This document shows, piece by piece, positions 18,332-27,858 of a stretch of DNA of 64,000 bases. Position 1 is the first letter of the stretch; each line of letters begins with the position of its first letter. Made by a program: the position numbers and the translations under genes. Origin of the DNA: Oscillatoria princeps RMCB-10 (GTDB taxonomy: Bacteria; Cyanobacteriota; Cyanobacteriia; Cyanobacteriales; Oscillatoriaceae); NCBI GenBank assembly GCA_019359235.1, contig JAHHHT010000012.1, positions 3,648 to 67,647 on the forward strand, read 5' to 3'. The notes below the pieces were generated by a model that saw only the letters and a program-made list of their open reading frames with translations, had not been told where the DNA came from and did not search any database.

Positions 18332-21007
18332 TCAAACGATCGTGCCGTCGGAAAAGAATACCTGGAACTCCTCAAACGACAGGTCAATAAACCCATCGTT
18401 ATTCCTGTCCCTGGAACCTGCCGGCGCATCTACGCCCCAGGGATTAAACACGACAATGCGCTCAGCGTCCGAGTCAGTCACATAGACCTGGGTAATTGCG
18501 TAAGGGTGATTGGCAACTATCAAGCCGGCTGAATTAGCCGCACTTTCTCTGTCAGTAGAGGCCGCTACAAACCGGCCCGTATCAAAAGCTTGGTTTATCC
18601 GCTCAAACGTGAAGTCCGCAAAGGTGCCGGTGGCGCGGCTGTCTCCATTCCTAAACACATCCGCCTTGCGGGAAGTCAGCTGGGAGATCGCCTCAGAAAC
18701 ATCACCCCCTCGGCTAATCAATTCATAGCCATTTGTCGCGTCCCCTTCTTGCCACTGCTGCCACACTGCGTAAGCTTTTTCCAGCAGCGTTATCCAAATC
18801 GGTCGGTTATTCGGGTTGCTGGGAACCTCCAGATTTTTGTCCTTAGCGCCGTATATCTCGCCGGCGTACACTGCCACATCCTGATTCACTGTCACCCACT
18901 GCTCAGCGCCGTTTTCGTAGAAGCGCACGCCGTAGGTTTGGTCGCCGTTATCAAAGATTGCACCGGCAATCGCCTCACTCGATTTTCCTGGATTGTTCCC
19001 CGCCACCGGCCTGAACGTTGCGCCAGCAGCCGCAATCAAAAAGCTGTCCGCAAACTGGTTTTGATTCACCTGCGAAATTTGCGGCACATTTTCGCTGCCA
19101 TACAGCTGTCCTGTTAGCCGCTGAAGTTCCAAGTTGAAAACCCTGGAATCCCCACTGCCGTCTGTCGCCGTGTAGGGAGGATTGTAAGGCTGAACAATCC
19201 CGCGAAACCAGCGGTTAACAATCTCCTTAAACGGAGCGGTTTGTACGGCTCCTAGACTGTTCGCTATCTTCCCGGCATCCTGAACAACCTGTTCCGCAAT
19301 AAACGCTACATAGGGCGGTAAATCAAACTGCTTCTGATTCCCCACTAAGGCTTTTAAATCCTGCAACTCAGCTTCCGTGACGATATCATCGTCTGTCGCT
19401 CTGTCAAATATCTGCAACATGTCGTTGCGGCTTAATTGCCCATCCGCAGACAGGGTGCGGGCGTCTGTTCGCACTTGCTCATCTTCCAAGCTGTTCAAGT
19501 CGAGGGTTGGGTCTGACAGCGGTGTCGAAACAAGACGGGCGTTCAAAGTGTAACTTCCTGTGGCGTCTTCATTAAAGCTCGTCACGCGCACGATGTACTC
19601 AGTTCCCGCATCTGCAGTGAAGGTCACGGCAGAGTTGAGGTCGCCCCGCGCCCGACCAAAATCTTTGCTTTCCGCAACCGGCATGCCGGTGAGGGCGTCT
19701 ATCACTTGCAGATAAGTTTCAAACTGCCCAGAATTGGCGCTGATTTGCACAATTTGATCCGCAGAAACGCCCGTCAGCCGGTAGTCATCGCTGTAGGTTC
19801 CGGGACGAGTGGGGTTATCCAAGTCCGTGGTGGCGAGGGAGTTGCTGCGGGAGGAGGAGACGGCGAGAGAAGCAACGATGGGGCTGGACGCATCTGCAGT
19901 CAGGGTGAAATTGCCGGTGCCGGCAAGCTGTTTGGGATCGCTCGTCACGCGAATTGCATATCGCACGCCTTGCTGCGCGGTAAAATTGAGCGCGGAATTG
20001 CTGTCGCTGCCGGTGGGGATGGCTTCTCCTGTGAGGGCGTCCACCAGTTCCAGGCGGGGGCTGAATTCGGTGGAGGTGAGGGTGACTTCTACCTGCTGAC
20101 CGGCAGTTACCTCTCGCAGGATGTAGTCTTTGGCGAAAGTCCCCTCTTGCAGGGGGTTAACTTTGTCTTGAAACGACAAATTGCCAATAATCGTGTCATC
20201 GCCACGGATGAAGTCAGCCTCTTCAAAGCCGGTTAAGAAGCTGCCGTTTTTTAGGGTGCGGCGCGGTTCCCTGATTCCACTGGTAATATAGTGTTTGTAG
20301 GCTCCCTCGAAGTTGAAACCGGCTGCCTGCAAGTCTGGGCTTGACTCTAAGTACGCTCTGACATTAAAATTCTCTGTGGAGGCGCGTCCTTCGTTAATGC
20401 CGGTGCTTTCAAAGTGTTCTAGCAGCTGCCGGTTGCTGAGGCGGGCAGACCGCAAGTCCGGATTGGCATTCCGGTAAAACTGAACATCAAACGCTGGGGA
20501 AAAGGGGCGACTTTCCGCCAGGCCGAAGTTTTCCAGGTGATCTAAAAGCTGCCGTCCTTTCAAACCGGCAGCGAACAAGTCTGGATTGTTTGCGAGATAG
20601 TAATTGGGGTCAAAGAAGGGGGATAAGTTGCGCTGTTCCGCTAAGCCGGATAGCAGCAGGTGGTCGTAGGCTTGCTCCAGGTTGCCCTTAAAGGCTTGCT
20701 GCAAGTCGGGGTTGGCTTCTAAATAATATTCTAAATCGATAAAGGGTGAAAATTTGCGCCCCTCCTGCAAGCCAAAGTTTTGCAAGTGCTCGAAGAGCTG
20801 TTTGTTGGTGGTCAAGCCGGCTGCTTTCAGGTCGGGGTTGGCTTGCCGGTAGAAGTTGAGGTTGATGAGGGGGGAGAAGGGACGCCCTTCGTTGAGGCCA
20901 AACTGCTGGAAGTGGAGCCGGAGCTGTTGGTCAGCTGTCAGACCGGCTGCTGCTAAGTCTGGGTTGACTTGCCGGTAGTAATTGACATCGAATAAGTCTT
21001 TGGCCAC
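18332..21007 (-). CDS. multidomain calpain-like (peptidase C2-fold) protein: 6-7 N-terminal ~38-aa repeats, two pre-peptidase C-terminal (PPC) domains, C-terminal calpain-like domain with Ser replacing the catalytic Cys
   Basis: Calpain core alignment: FADSFLIAAAGA (calpain GDCWLLAA), IWITLLEKAYAVW (FWSALLEKAYAK), LIVANHPYAIT (LVKGHAYSVT), IVVFNPWG (IRMRNPWG). N-terminal repeats NYY(R/L)xANPDL..AGL...LxHxxxFGLxEGR. Confidence 0.8.
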   Translation of the reverse strand: MAKDLFDVNYYRQVNPDLAAAGLTADQQLRLHFQQFGLNEGRPFSPLINLNFYRQANPDLKAAGLTTNKQLFEHLQNFGLQEGRKFSPFIDLEYYLEANPDLQQAFKGNLEQAYDHLLLSGLAEQRNLSPFFDPNYYLANNPDLFAAGLKGRQLLDHLENFGLAESRPFSPAFDVQFYRNANPDLRSARLSNRQLLEHFESTGINEGRASTENFNVRAYLESSPDLQAAGFNFEGAYKHYITSGIREPRRTLKNGSFLTGFEEADFIRGDDTIIGNLSFQDKVNPLQEGTFAKDYILREVTAGQQVEVTLTSTEFSPRLELVDALTGEAIPTGSDSNSALNFTAQQGVRYAIRVTSDPKQLAGTGNFTLTADASSPIVASLAVSSSRSNSLATTDLDNPTRPGTYSDDYRLTGVSADQIVQISANSGQFETYLQVIDALTGMPVAESKDFGRARGDLNSAVTFTADAGTEYIVRVTSFNEDATGSYTLNARLVSTPLSDPTLDLNSLEDEQVRTDARTLSADGQLSRNDMLQIFDRATDDDIVTEAELQDLKALVGNQKQFDLPPYVAFIAEQVVQDAGKIANSLGAVQTAPFKEIVNRWFRGIVQPYNPPYTATDGSGDSRVFNLELQRLTGQLYGSENVPQISQVNQNQFADSFLIAAAGATFRPVAGNNPGKSSEAIAGAIFDNGDQTYGVRFYENGAEQWVTVNQDVAVYAGEIYGAKDKNLEVPSNPNNRPIWITLLEKAYAVWQQWQEGDATNGYELISRGGDVSEAISQLTSRKADVFRNGDSRATGTFADFTFERINQAFDTGRFVAASTDRESAANSAGLIVANHPYAITQVYVTDSDAERIVVFNPWGVDAPAGSRDRNNDGFIDLSFEEFQVFFSDGTIV

Positions 21008-21020
21008 AGGTTGTTGCTGC

Positions 21021-21103
21021 TAGATTAGGGAGTTATGTAATATTATTTTAACGTGCCGGTGGTGAGTCGTAGGGTGCGTTACGGAGTAACGCACCCTACA
21101 GCT
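21021..21103. repeat. ~85-bp direct repeat, copy 1 (tagattagggagttatgtaatattattttaacgtgccggtggtgagtcGTAGGGTGCGTTAcggagTAACGCACCCTACagct)
   Basis: Second copy at 21223-21306. Both end in the GTAGGGTGCGTT-loop-AACGCACCCTAC hairpin family (also at 16446-16478, 33357-33390, 39942-39976, 53172-53210). Confidence 0.8.
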
Positions 21104-21222
21104 AACTTTTTCACAGTTTAAGCTGTTAGGCTAATAATGCTGCTTGCCCCTTGAAAGTCGGCGGAGCGGACAGCTCGGCGTTCCCAGGCGGTAGGGGCGG
21201 GTCCCCGTGCCCGCCCCGGAAC

Positions 21223-21306
21223 TAGATTAGGGAGTTATGTAATATTATTTTAACGTGCCGGTGGTGAGTCGTAGGGTGCGTTACTCCGTAACGCACCCTA
21301 CAGCTG
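21223..21306. repeat. ~85-bp direct repeat, copy 2
   Basis: Near-identical to 21021-21103. Confidence 0.8.
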
Positions 21307-21395
21307 CAACGTCACATAGACGGAATATCAAGAAAGCAGGTTTCTTTAAGATTCGCTTTCTTTGGGTGCGTGCCGGTTTAGCACGCACCTGAATT

Positions 21396-22331
21396 CTAAA
21401 GGGATGAGAGGATTTCGTCGTCTGCCGACAAGTCCACTTCAGCGCTGTCCCGACCGGCAGTCAAGTAATCGTTCTGGAATGCGTCTTTCAGCCCAGAAAC
21501 CAGGTCAAATTCTGGCGTCCAGTTCAGTTCAGTCATGGCTTTGCGGACATCGGCAAAGAAGTGCTGCACTCGCATCGGGAAAGCTTTGCGCTTGCCGAAG
21601 TCAAATTTCTTGGGGTCGTAATGCACGATTTGCAGCGCGTCGGGGGACTTGCCGGCGGCGGCGGCGCAGGCGCGGGCTAATCCGTCGAAGGTGACGTAGC
21701 GGTCGCCGGATACATTATATATCTGACCGATTGCTTTTTCGTTGCCGAGCACGGCGGCCATCGCACCGGCCAAGTCTTTGCAGTGACCCAGCTGGGTGAA
21801 GTGCAGTCCGTTACCGGGGATGGCAATCGGGCGATCGCGGACGATGCGGTCGAAAAACCACGCTTCTAAATCGTTGTAGTTTTGCGGGCCATAGATATAA
21901 GTCGGGCGAATGGCGGTAAAGGGCAATCCCTGTTCTGCTAAGTAAGCTTCGGTTTCGTATTTGCCCTTGTGCCGGCTTTTCGGGTCAACCGGATCGCCCT
22001 CAATATGGGGCATCTGGTCAGATTTCAGGTAGACGCCGGCGGAACTCATATATATAAAGTGCCGCACCCGACCTTTAAATATCTCAGCCAGGGGTTGGGT
22101 GTCGCTCAGTTCGCGGCCATTGTTGTCATAAATGGCGTCAAATTCTTCCCCAGCTAACTTTTCTTTCAGTTGGGCGGCGTCGGTGCGGTCGCCGTGAATT
22201 TGCTTGACTCCTTCTGCCGGTGCCGGCTTGTTGCCGCGATTGAAGAGCACCACTTCGTGCCCTCGCTCGACCAGGATTTTTGTCAGATACACCCCGATAA
22301 ACCGAGTGCCGCCCATCATTAAGATTCGCAT
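21396..22331 (-). CDS. NAD-dependent epimerase/dehydratase family protein (CSP41-like)
   Basis: MRILMMGGTRFIGVYLTKILVERGHEVVLFNRG Rossmann motif; YxxxK-type SDR core; length and profile typical of cyanobacterial CSP41-like proteins. Confidence 0.8.
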   Translation of the reverse strand: MRILMMGGTRFIGVYLTKILVERGHEVVLFNRGNKPAPAEGVKQIHGDRTDAAQLKEKLAGEEFDAIYDNNGRELSDTQPLAEIFKGRVRHFIYMSSAGVYLKSDQMPHIEGDPVDPKSRHKGKYETEAYLAEQGLPFTAIRPTYIYGPQNYNDLEAWFFDRIVRDRPIAIPGNGLHFTQLGHCKDLAGAMAAVLGNEKAIGQIYNVSGDRYVTFDGLARACAAAAGKSPDALQIVHYDPKKFDFGKRKAFPMRVQHFFADVRKAMTELNWTPEFDLVSGLKDAFQNDYLTAGRDSAEVDLSADDEILSSL

Positions 22332-22435
22332 TTTTCTTCTCCCTCACTATTGGCCGGTAGAGGCCACTATCTTGCAGTTTGCCCTTAGCTATCTTAACCC
22401 AAGTTTATACTTACAACTGAGTCAAGAGCGATCCC

Positions 22436-22515
22436 CCCCTAGCCCCCCCTTAAAAAGGGGGGGAACATTCTCTTGCGCCCCCCTTTTTAAGGGGGGTTGG
22501 GGGGATCGGGATACT
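22436..22515. repeat. paired G/C hairpin element CCCCCCTTAAAAAGGGGGGG ... CCCCCCTTTTTAAGGGGGGTTGGGGGGATC
   Basis: Family members at 37101-37145, 56930-57000, and inside the NACHT CDS at ~51155-51200. Confidence 0.6.
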
Positions 22516-22581
22516 TAGACTTATAAGTAGCAACTTAGGTTATCTTACACCTTATCGGGGCGGCGGGATGCCGGCCCTTTG

Positions 22582-23253
22582 CTAAAGTTTCAGCTGAGTC
22601 ACGGCAATTTTACCAGAAAAGCAGACATCCACATCCGTGCCGGCTGCCCGCCGGCGTTTGGCGTATTCTCCCGCGTAGTAATATTCATCGCCCTCAACTC
22701 GGTAATTCACCGGCAGCGGTTCGGTGCACGCAGGGCAAAACACCACTTCTGGATCGGGTTCTCCTGGCAACAGATGGGGCAAATTCACATTCCAGAACGT
22801 TCCCGGTTCCAGGGGGCGCGTGAGTAAATCCGCCAGCACACCGGCAGTCCACCGCGCGGCGAGATCCCAGTCAATAAGTCTGCTTTTGCGGTAGTGGGAA
22901 ATGGCGACACCCCCAATCCCGTGCAGCGCCGCTTCCCGCGCCGCCGCTACGGTTCCTGAAATGTAGATATCCGCCCCCAGATTGCCACCGGCATTGATGC
23001 CAGACAGCACCCATTTGACATCCGGGCAAAGATGTGTTAATGCGAGGCGGGTGCAGTCGGCGGGGGTGCCGGCAACGGCATACTCGGTGGCTGAGCGCCG
23101 GTGGACGCGGATCAGCGAGGTGGTGACGCGATGGCCACATCCCGACCACTCCTCTTTGGGTGCGACGAGGATGCCGGTGCCGTTGAGGGCTTTCTGCAGC
23201 GCCCGAATGCCGGGGGCGTCGATGCCGTCGTCGTTGGTTAATATTAGTGTCAT
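22582..23253 (-). CDS. surE: 5'/3'-nucleotidase SurE
   Basis: MTLILTNDDGIDAPGIRAL...GINAGGNLG...GTVAAAREAALHGI are canonical SurE motifs. Confidence 0.9.
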   Translation of the reverse strand: MTLILTNDDGIDAPGIRALQKALNGTGILVAPKEEWSGCGHRVTTSLIRVHRRSATEYAVAGTPADCTRLALTHLCPDVKWVLSGINAGGNLGADIYISGTVAAAREAALHGIGGVAISHYRKSRLIDWDLAARWTAGVLADLLTRPLEPGTFWNVNLPHLLPGEPDPEVVFCPACTEPLPVNYRVEGDEYYYAGEYAKRRRAAGTDVDVCFSGKIAVTQLKL

Positions 23254-23440
23254 CTGTCGTTCTGTCAGTCAATCCTAGAGCGCAGCACCAACTTTCCAGC
23301 ATATCTTCAATTCGCTGGCGCTGCACGCTTCCCTGCCACTATGTTAAAATTTATAACAATCAGGTTCGCTGTTCGTTTTTATGAGAGAAGATTATAAAAT
23401 AATTGGCTGTAATATCAGGTGCGAACCGGGAGAATGACTC

Positions 23441-26400
23441 ATGTATGTGTACGCTACGCCAGAGTGCAAACGGAAGGCAAAGCAGCACAATGTAGAGGCA
23501 GTGGTTGAAAGACTTTGTGAGGAGGAGAACCCCCTGTCGCGCTTCAGGAGGTTTTCTCATGTCTACTTAAAAAAGACAGTGGACAGAAATCTCAGACTGA
23601 TTGCCAAGCTTGTCGAAACCTCGGACAGGGAGCCGGTGCTGTGCTTGCTCGATATTCTCAAACGCGGGGATGCGGACTATGAAATAGACTTCTGCTTTGA
23701 ACCAGAAGTCTTTGGCGAGAAGCGTTTAGATCCTTTGCTGGATATTGAACAGCTGCAGGAGTGGCTGAATGCACAGAAAAGGTTGCAAGAGCGTTCGGAG
23801 AGCAAAGCCAAGCCGGTTCCAGTGGAGTTACTTCCTTGGCTAGAGCTGCCCAAGTGGGGGATGGACGCCCAAGAACTTGTGATCTGTGAGAGCGAGGAAT
23901 GGGTTCGCCGGTTTAAGCTGAACACAATCCAACGGGACTGGCACTTCTACTGGGAAATAGTTTTCAATCTAGTTGAAAATTGCAGCAGTGCGCTCCAGGG
24001 ATGGGCGGAGGAAGAAACGGAGTGGCGGGGAGTGAAGCTGTGCGGAAATCCCGACGGGCGGTATGTGCTGTTCAGCCGGCTGGAAACGGCGGAAACAGGG
24101 GACACAGCGGCGCGGCAAGTCATCTTCCTGCTGGCTCCATTTAATGGCAAACCCGCGCCAAAAGAAATAGAGGAAGTCGGGCGGGAAACCAATCTTTTCA
24201 AATTAGGGAGCAGCCAGCTGTCGGACGTGCCGGCGCTGAAAGACTTAGCCCCCTACGCCCGACGTTCCTATCCGGGCTATATCCTGTACGATAAGGACAG
24301 CTGGAGCGAAATCGAGTGCGATGACGAGGCAAATATAGCGCTCTCAGCTGAAGAGGAGCAAATTCTCCAGTCCGTGTCAGCGCCGGGAAACAAATCCCTG
24401 CCAATCTTTATTAATGGACGTGCCGGCAGCGGCAAGTCTACCATTCTATTTTACCTGTTTGCGGACTACTGCGCTCGCCACCAGGAGTATTGCCAGCAGC
24501 AGGGAAAGAGCTTCGGTGAGAAACCCCACCCCCTGTTCCTCACTTACAGCAAAAGCCTGCTAGAGGTCGCTCAGAAGGTGGTGCGCCGGATTGTCGCGTC
24601 CCATCACAAGTTTGTAGCGAAAAGGACTGAAGAGATCCAGAAACTGTCCGCTGATGACTTGCAGCCACTTTTCAAGACATTTCGGGATTTTATCCTAGAC
24701 CTGCTTCCGCCCGACGAGCGCGACCGCTTCCAGCCAGAGAAGGAAATTTCATTCTATCACTTCCGGGAGCGATACAAGACGTGCAGGCTGCCAGAAGCTA
24801 AAGATAAAGATTGCCCTCCCGAACTCTGCTGGCACATCATTAAAACCTTCATCAAAGGGTATGACCTCGACGAGGAAGTAGACCCGGAATACTACCGGGC
24901 GTTTGTGCCCAGAAGAGAGCGCACTGTAGAGCCGGCTCTGTTCACAAAGATTTACGAAAGCATTTGGGAGAGGTGGTACAAAAGGCTGACAGCGGCGGAT
25001 GGCGAAGGCTACTGGGACGATCAGGACTTGGTGAGAAAAGTTCTGGAATCCGGGAGTTCCTCTCACGACTACACCGCCATCTTCTGCGACGAATCTCAGG
25101 ACTTCACGAGTTTGGAGCTCAAGCTAATCCGACAGCTGTCTGTTTTCTCGCAGTATGACTTTGGATACCAGCCGGTGCCGAGTTTGCCCTTTGCATTTGC
25201 CGGCGATCCGTTCCAAACCTTAAACCCGACGGGATTCCGCTGGGAAAGAGTTGGGTCTTCCTTCTACAGCGAAGTGCTCGCCAACCCGATCGGTGGCAAA
25301 AAGCTGGCTCTCGAAATGAACTTCCAGGAGCTAGAATTAAACTACCGCTCCAGTCACCCCATCGTTCGGCTCACCAATTTGATACAGCTGTGGCGGTGCG
25401 TTCGCTTTGGGCTAGACGACCTCAAACCCCAGAAACCCTGGCAGAACAAAGACAGTTCCCTGGAGCCGCACAAGTTCATCTTTGGCGAAAACCTCTCCCT
25501 GGAAAAGCTGAAACCCCACATCCAAAAAAAGCCCATCTTTATTATACCTTGTGAGGCCGGCGGGGAAATCGACTACATCCGCAATGATCAGATCCTGCGC
25601 GAGATATTCCCGGACGTGACAGAGGAGAATCCGCCTGAGAACCTGTGCAGCGCTATCAAAGCAAAGGGACTGGAGTTTCCCCTGGTTATCCTGTACAAGT
25701 TTGGCGACGAGCTGCACAAAAGATACAGCCACAGGGAGGTTTGGGAGCGTGCCGGCGATCGCTCAGACCATTTAGTGGGGCTGGAATACTTTTTCAACAA
25801 GCTGTACGTCGCAGCCAGCCGCGCTATGTCAGACTTGTTTGTGATAGACTCAAAAGAAGGAGATCGCATACTTTGGCAGTACGCCGGCGACTCCCAGATA
25901 GAGCGATTACTGCAGCTGGCGGGCGGTGGCGCACGCTGGAAAGACCTTGTGGGAACCCTCGCCCTTGGCGAAGATATAGCAGCGCTCGATAAAGACAACC
26001 GGCAGTCTCAAGCCGAGCAGTTGAAAAAGCGGGGGATGCAGGAAAAAGACCCGCAAGACTTGCGAGCCGCCGCTAAATTTTACAGAGCGCTTGGGTGCGC
26101 AGAAGAAGCCAAACGCTGCTCGGCGTTCGCCTTGAAATTCGACCGGCAATACAGGGAAGCCGGTCAGCTTTTCCTGGAACTCGGCGAAAAAGAGCCGGCT
26201 TGGGAATGCTTCTGGGATGGACTGTGCTGGCAAAATTTGCTAGAATGGTATTCGGTATCTCCTGAACGGAAGAGAGAGTACCGCCCCCTCGTCGAGTTCA
26301 TGGCTGAAAACCCGAAAACCCAACAGGTAATTAACGATTTTACGGAATTCCTGGAAACCCTCGAACTCGAACAGCTCAGCGATAATCGCATGCGCCAGCA

Positions 26401-27598
26401 ATGGCAGAAAGCTGTGCGAGAGTATGCCGGTCTAATCCAAGGTTTGACTATCTTCCAGCAAGTTCACCGGCCAAACTGGCAGCGGTTTGGGGAAATTGTG
26501 GAAAAGTTGGCAGAGGCTCGCTATAATGGAATGCGCGAGCTAGCGGGAGACTGTTTCTTCCGCACGGGCACCCGCGAGAACCTGGAACGCGCTGTGGAGT
26601 GCTGGGAGGCTTGCGGCGCAACTCAAAAGCGCGAGTATTACTTGGCTAAAGCTGAGTTAACTAAAATTCCAGAGCGCCTGGAATATTTGGAAAAGGCAAA
26701 GGACTTCCAGCGCCTGCTGGGAGAGTGGGAGCGTGCCGGCAAACCAGTCACCCCGCCGTGGTCAAAATATGTTGAGCCGGCTCTGGACAGCCAGAAGCGG
26801 TACGCGGATCTGGCTGAGTGTTTAATTCGCGGGACTCAGTGGCTAAAAGCCATAGAAGTGTTAGAAAAACACCCGGAAACCGCAAGTTTGGGTTTTTATG
26901 TCGTGCGGGAACTGGCTCGCTCAAACCTAGCGGCACAGAATTTTCTGGAGGATATGTGCCGGCGCTACGAGAGATTCATCAGCACCCATGTCCTCTCAAA
27001 TCCCAACTGGCTGCAGCAGGTTTCGCCGCAGGAAGTGGGAGCCGCACTGGAGAAAACGGGCGAGCTTGTAGCCACCTTAAGGTTTTACGAGGGATTCACT
27101 GACAGCCGCGACCAGATCCTGAAAAATTTGGCGCGTGAGCGATGGATAAAGAACAAGAAAAAGCAGGCGGATTACCACCGGCATAAAGGAGAAACGAACA
27201 GAGCGGAAGAAATTCGGGCGGAAATTTTACTCAAGGCAAATGAGTGGCGAATCTCGACCGCCCGACTGATTTGCCGGCACGCCGGTGCGCCGGTGGGAGA
27301 ATTTTTACTGGATGGCAGCAGCAAGTACAGAGTTGGGCGCTTCAGTTCCGATGCCGGTCGCGACGATATCATCGACCTGCAAAAATTCCCGCAAGGCGAG
27401 TACATCTCCCGCAGTCACGCTGAAATTTATCAAGAGGGCGGGGAGTGGAAAGTCTTAGATACCGGCTCGCGCGCAGGGGTGTTCATTCAGCGTGCCGGTC
27501 AGGAGCGCCGGCACGCTTTAGTTGATGTGCCGGAAATTTTAAAAGCCGGTGATGAGGTAGTCTTTGCAACTATTCCCTTCCTGTTTCAAACACCTTGA
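23441..27598 (+). CDS. large UvrD/PcrA-like SF1 helicase-family ATPase with unknown ~300-aa N-terminal domain, helical (TPR-like) region and C-terminal FHA domain
   Basis: SF1 motifs: I INGRAGSGKSTIL (nt ~24415), II FCDESQDFT, IV LNYRSSHPIV, VI AKGLEFPLVIL. C-terminus YRVGRFSSDAGRDDIIDL...ISRSHAEIYQEGGEWKVLDTGSRAGVFI is an FHA fold. Confidence 0.8.
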   Translation: MYVYATPECKRKAKQHNVEAVVERLCEEENPLSRFRRFSHVYLKKTVDRNLRLIAKLVETSDREPVLCLLDILKRGDADYEIDFCFEPEVFGEKRLDPLLDIEQLQEWLNAQKRLQERSESKAKPVPVELLPWLELPKWGMDAQELVICESEEWVRRFKLNTIQRDWHFYWEIVFNLVENCSSALQGWAEEETEWRGVKLCGNPDGRYVLFSRLETAETGDTAARQVIFLLAPFNGKPAPKEIEEVGRETNLFKLGSSQLSDVPALKDLAPYARRSYPGYILYDKDSWSEIECDDEANIALSAEEEQILQSVSAPGNKSLPIFINGRAGSGKSTILFYLFADYCARHQEYCQQQGKSFGEKPHPLFLTYSKSLLEVAQKVVRRIVASHHKFVAKRTEEIQKLSADDLQPLFKTFRDFILDLLPPDERDRFQPEKEISFYHFRERYKTCRLPEAKDKDCPPELCWHIIKTFIKGYDLDEEVDPEYYRAFVPRRERTVEPALFTKIYESIWERWYKRLTAADGEGYWDDQDLVRKVLESGSSSHDYTAIFCDESQDFTSLELKLIRQLSVFSQYDFGYQPVPSLPFAFAGDPFQTLNPTGFRWERVGSSFYSEVLANPIGGKKLALEMNFQELELNYRSSHPIVRLTNLIQLWRCVRFGLDDLKPQKPWQNKDSSLEPHKFIFGENLSLEKLKPHIQKKPIFIIPCEAGGEIDYIRNDQILREIFPDVTEENPPENLCSAIKAKGLEFPLVILYKFGDELHKRYSHREVWERAGDRSDHLVGLEYFFNKLYVAASRAMSDLFVIDSKEGDRILWQYAGDSQIERLLQLAGGGARWKDLVGTLALGEDIAALDKDNRQSQAEQLKKRGMQEKDPQDLRAAAKFYRALGCAEEAKRCSAFALKFDRQYREAGQLFLELGEKEPAWECFWDGLCWQNLLEWYSVSPERKREYRPLVEFMAENPKTQQVINDFTEFLETLELEQLSDNRMRQQWQKAVREYAGLIQGLTIFQQVHRPNWQRFGEIVEKLAEARYNGMRELAGDCFFRTGTRENLERAVECWEACGATQKREYYLAKAELTKIPERLEYLEKAKDFQRLLGEWERAGKPVTPPWSKYVEPALDSQKRYADLAECLIRGTQWLKAIEVLEKHPETASLGFYVVRELARSNLAAQNFLEDMCRRYERFISTHVLSNPNWLQQVSPQEVGAALEKTGELVATLRFYEGFTDSRDQILKNLARERWIKNKKKQADYHRHKGETNRAEEIRAEILLKANEWRISTARLICRHAGAPVGEFLLDGSSKYRVGRFSSDAGRDDIIDLQKFPQGEYISRSHAEIYQEGGEWKVLDTGSRAGVFIQRAGQERRHALVDVPEILKAGDEVVFATIPFLFQTP

Positions 27599-27858
27599 AA
27601 CCGGGCGGATAAGCCGGCAGCCCTAGGGCGCTGGACATTCCTGCGATCGAGAACCCCACCCCCCAACCCCCTCCCCGTAAACGGGGAGGGGGAGCAAGAG
27701 GGGATTACCCTCGTTCGCCGGCGGAGCGGGGGAGATGCCCAAAAGGAGGCTGCGGATATATCTCGCAGGACAGGCGTCTCGCCTGTCCCAATCTGTCCCA
27801 ATCTCCTTGAGAGCGAGCGAGATGACATTTTTTCCAACAGCTGTTAATATACTGCAGA

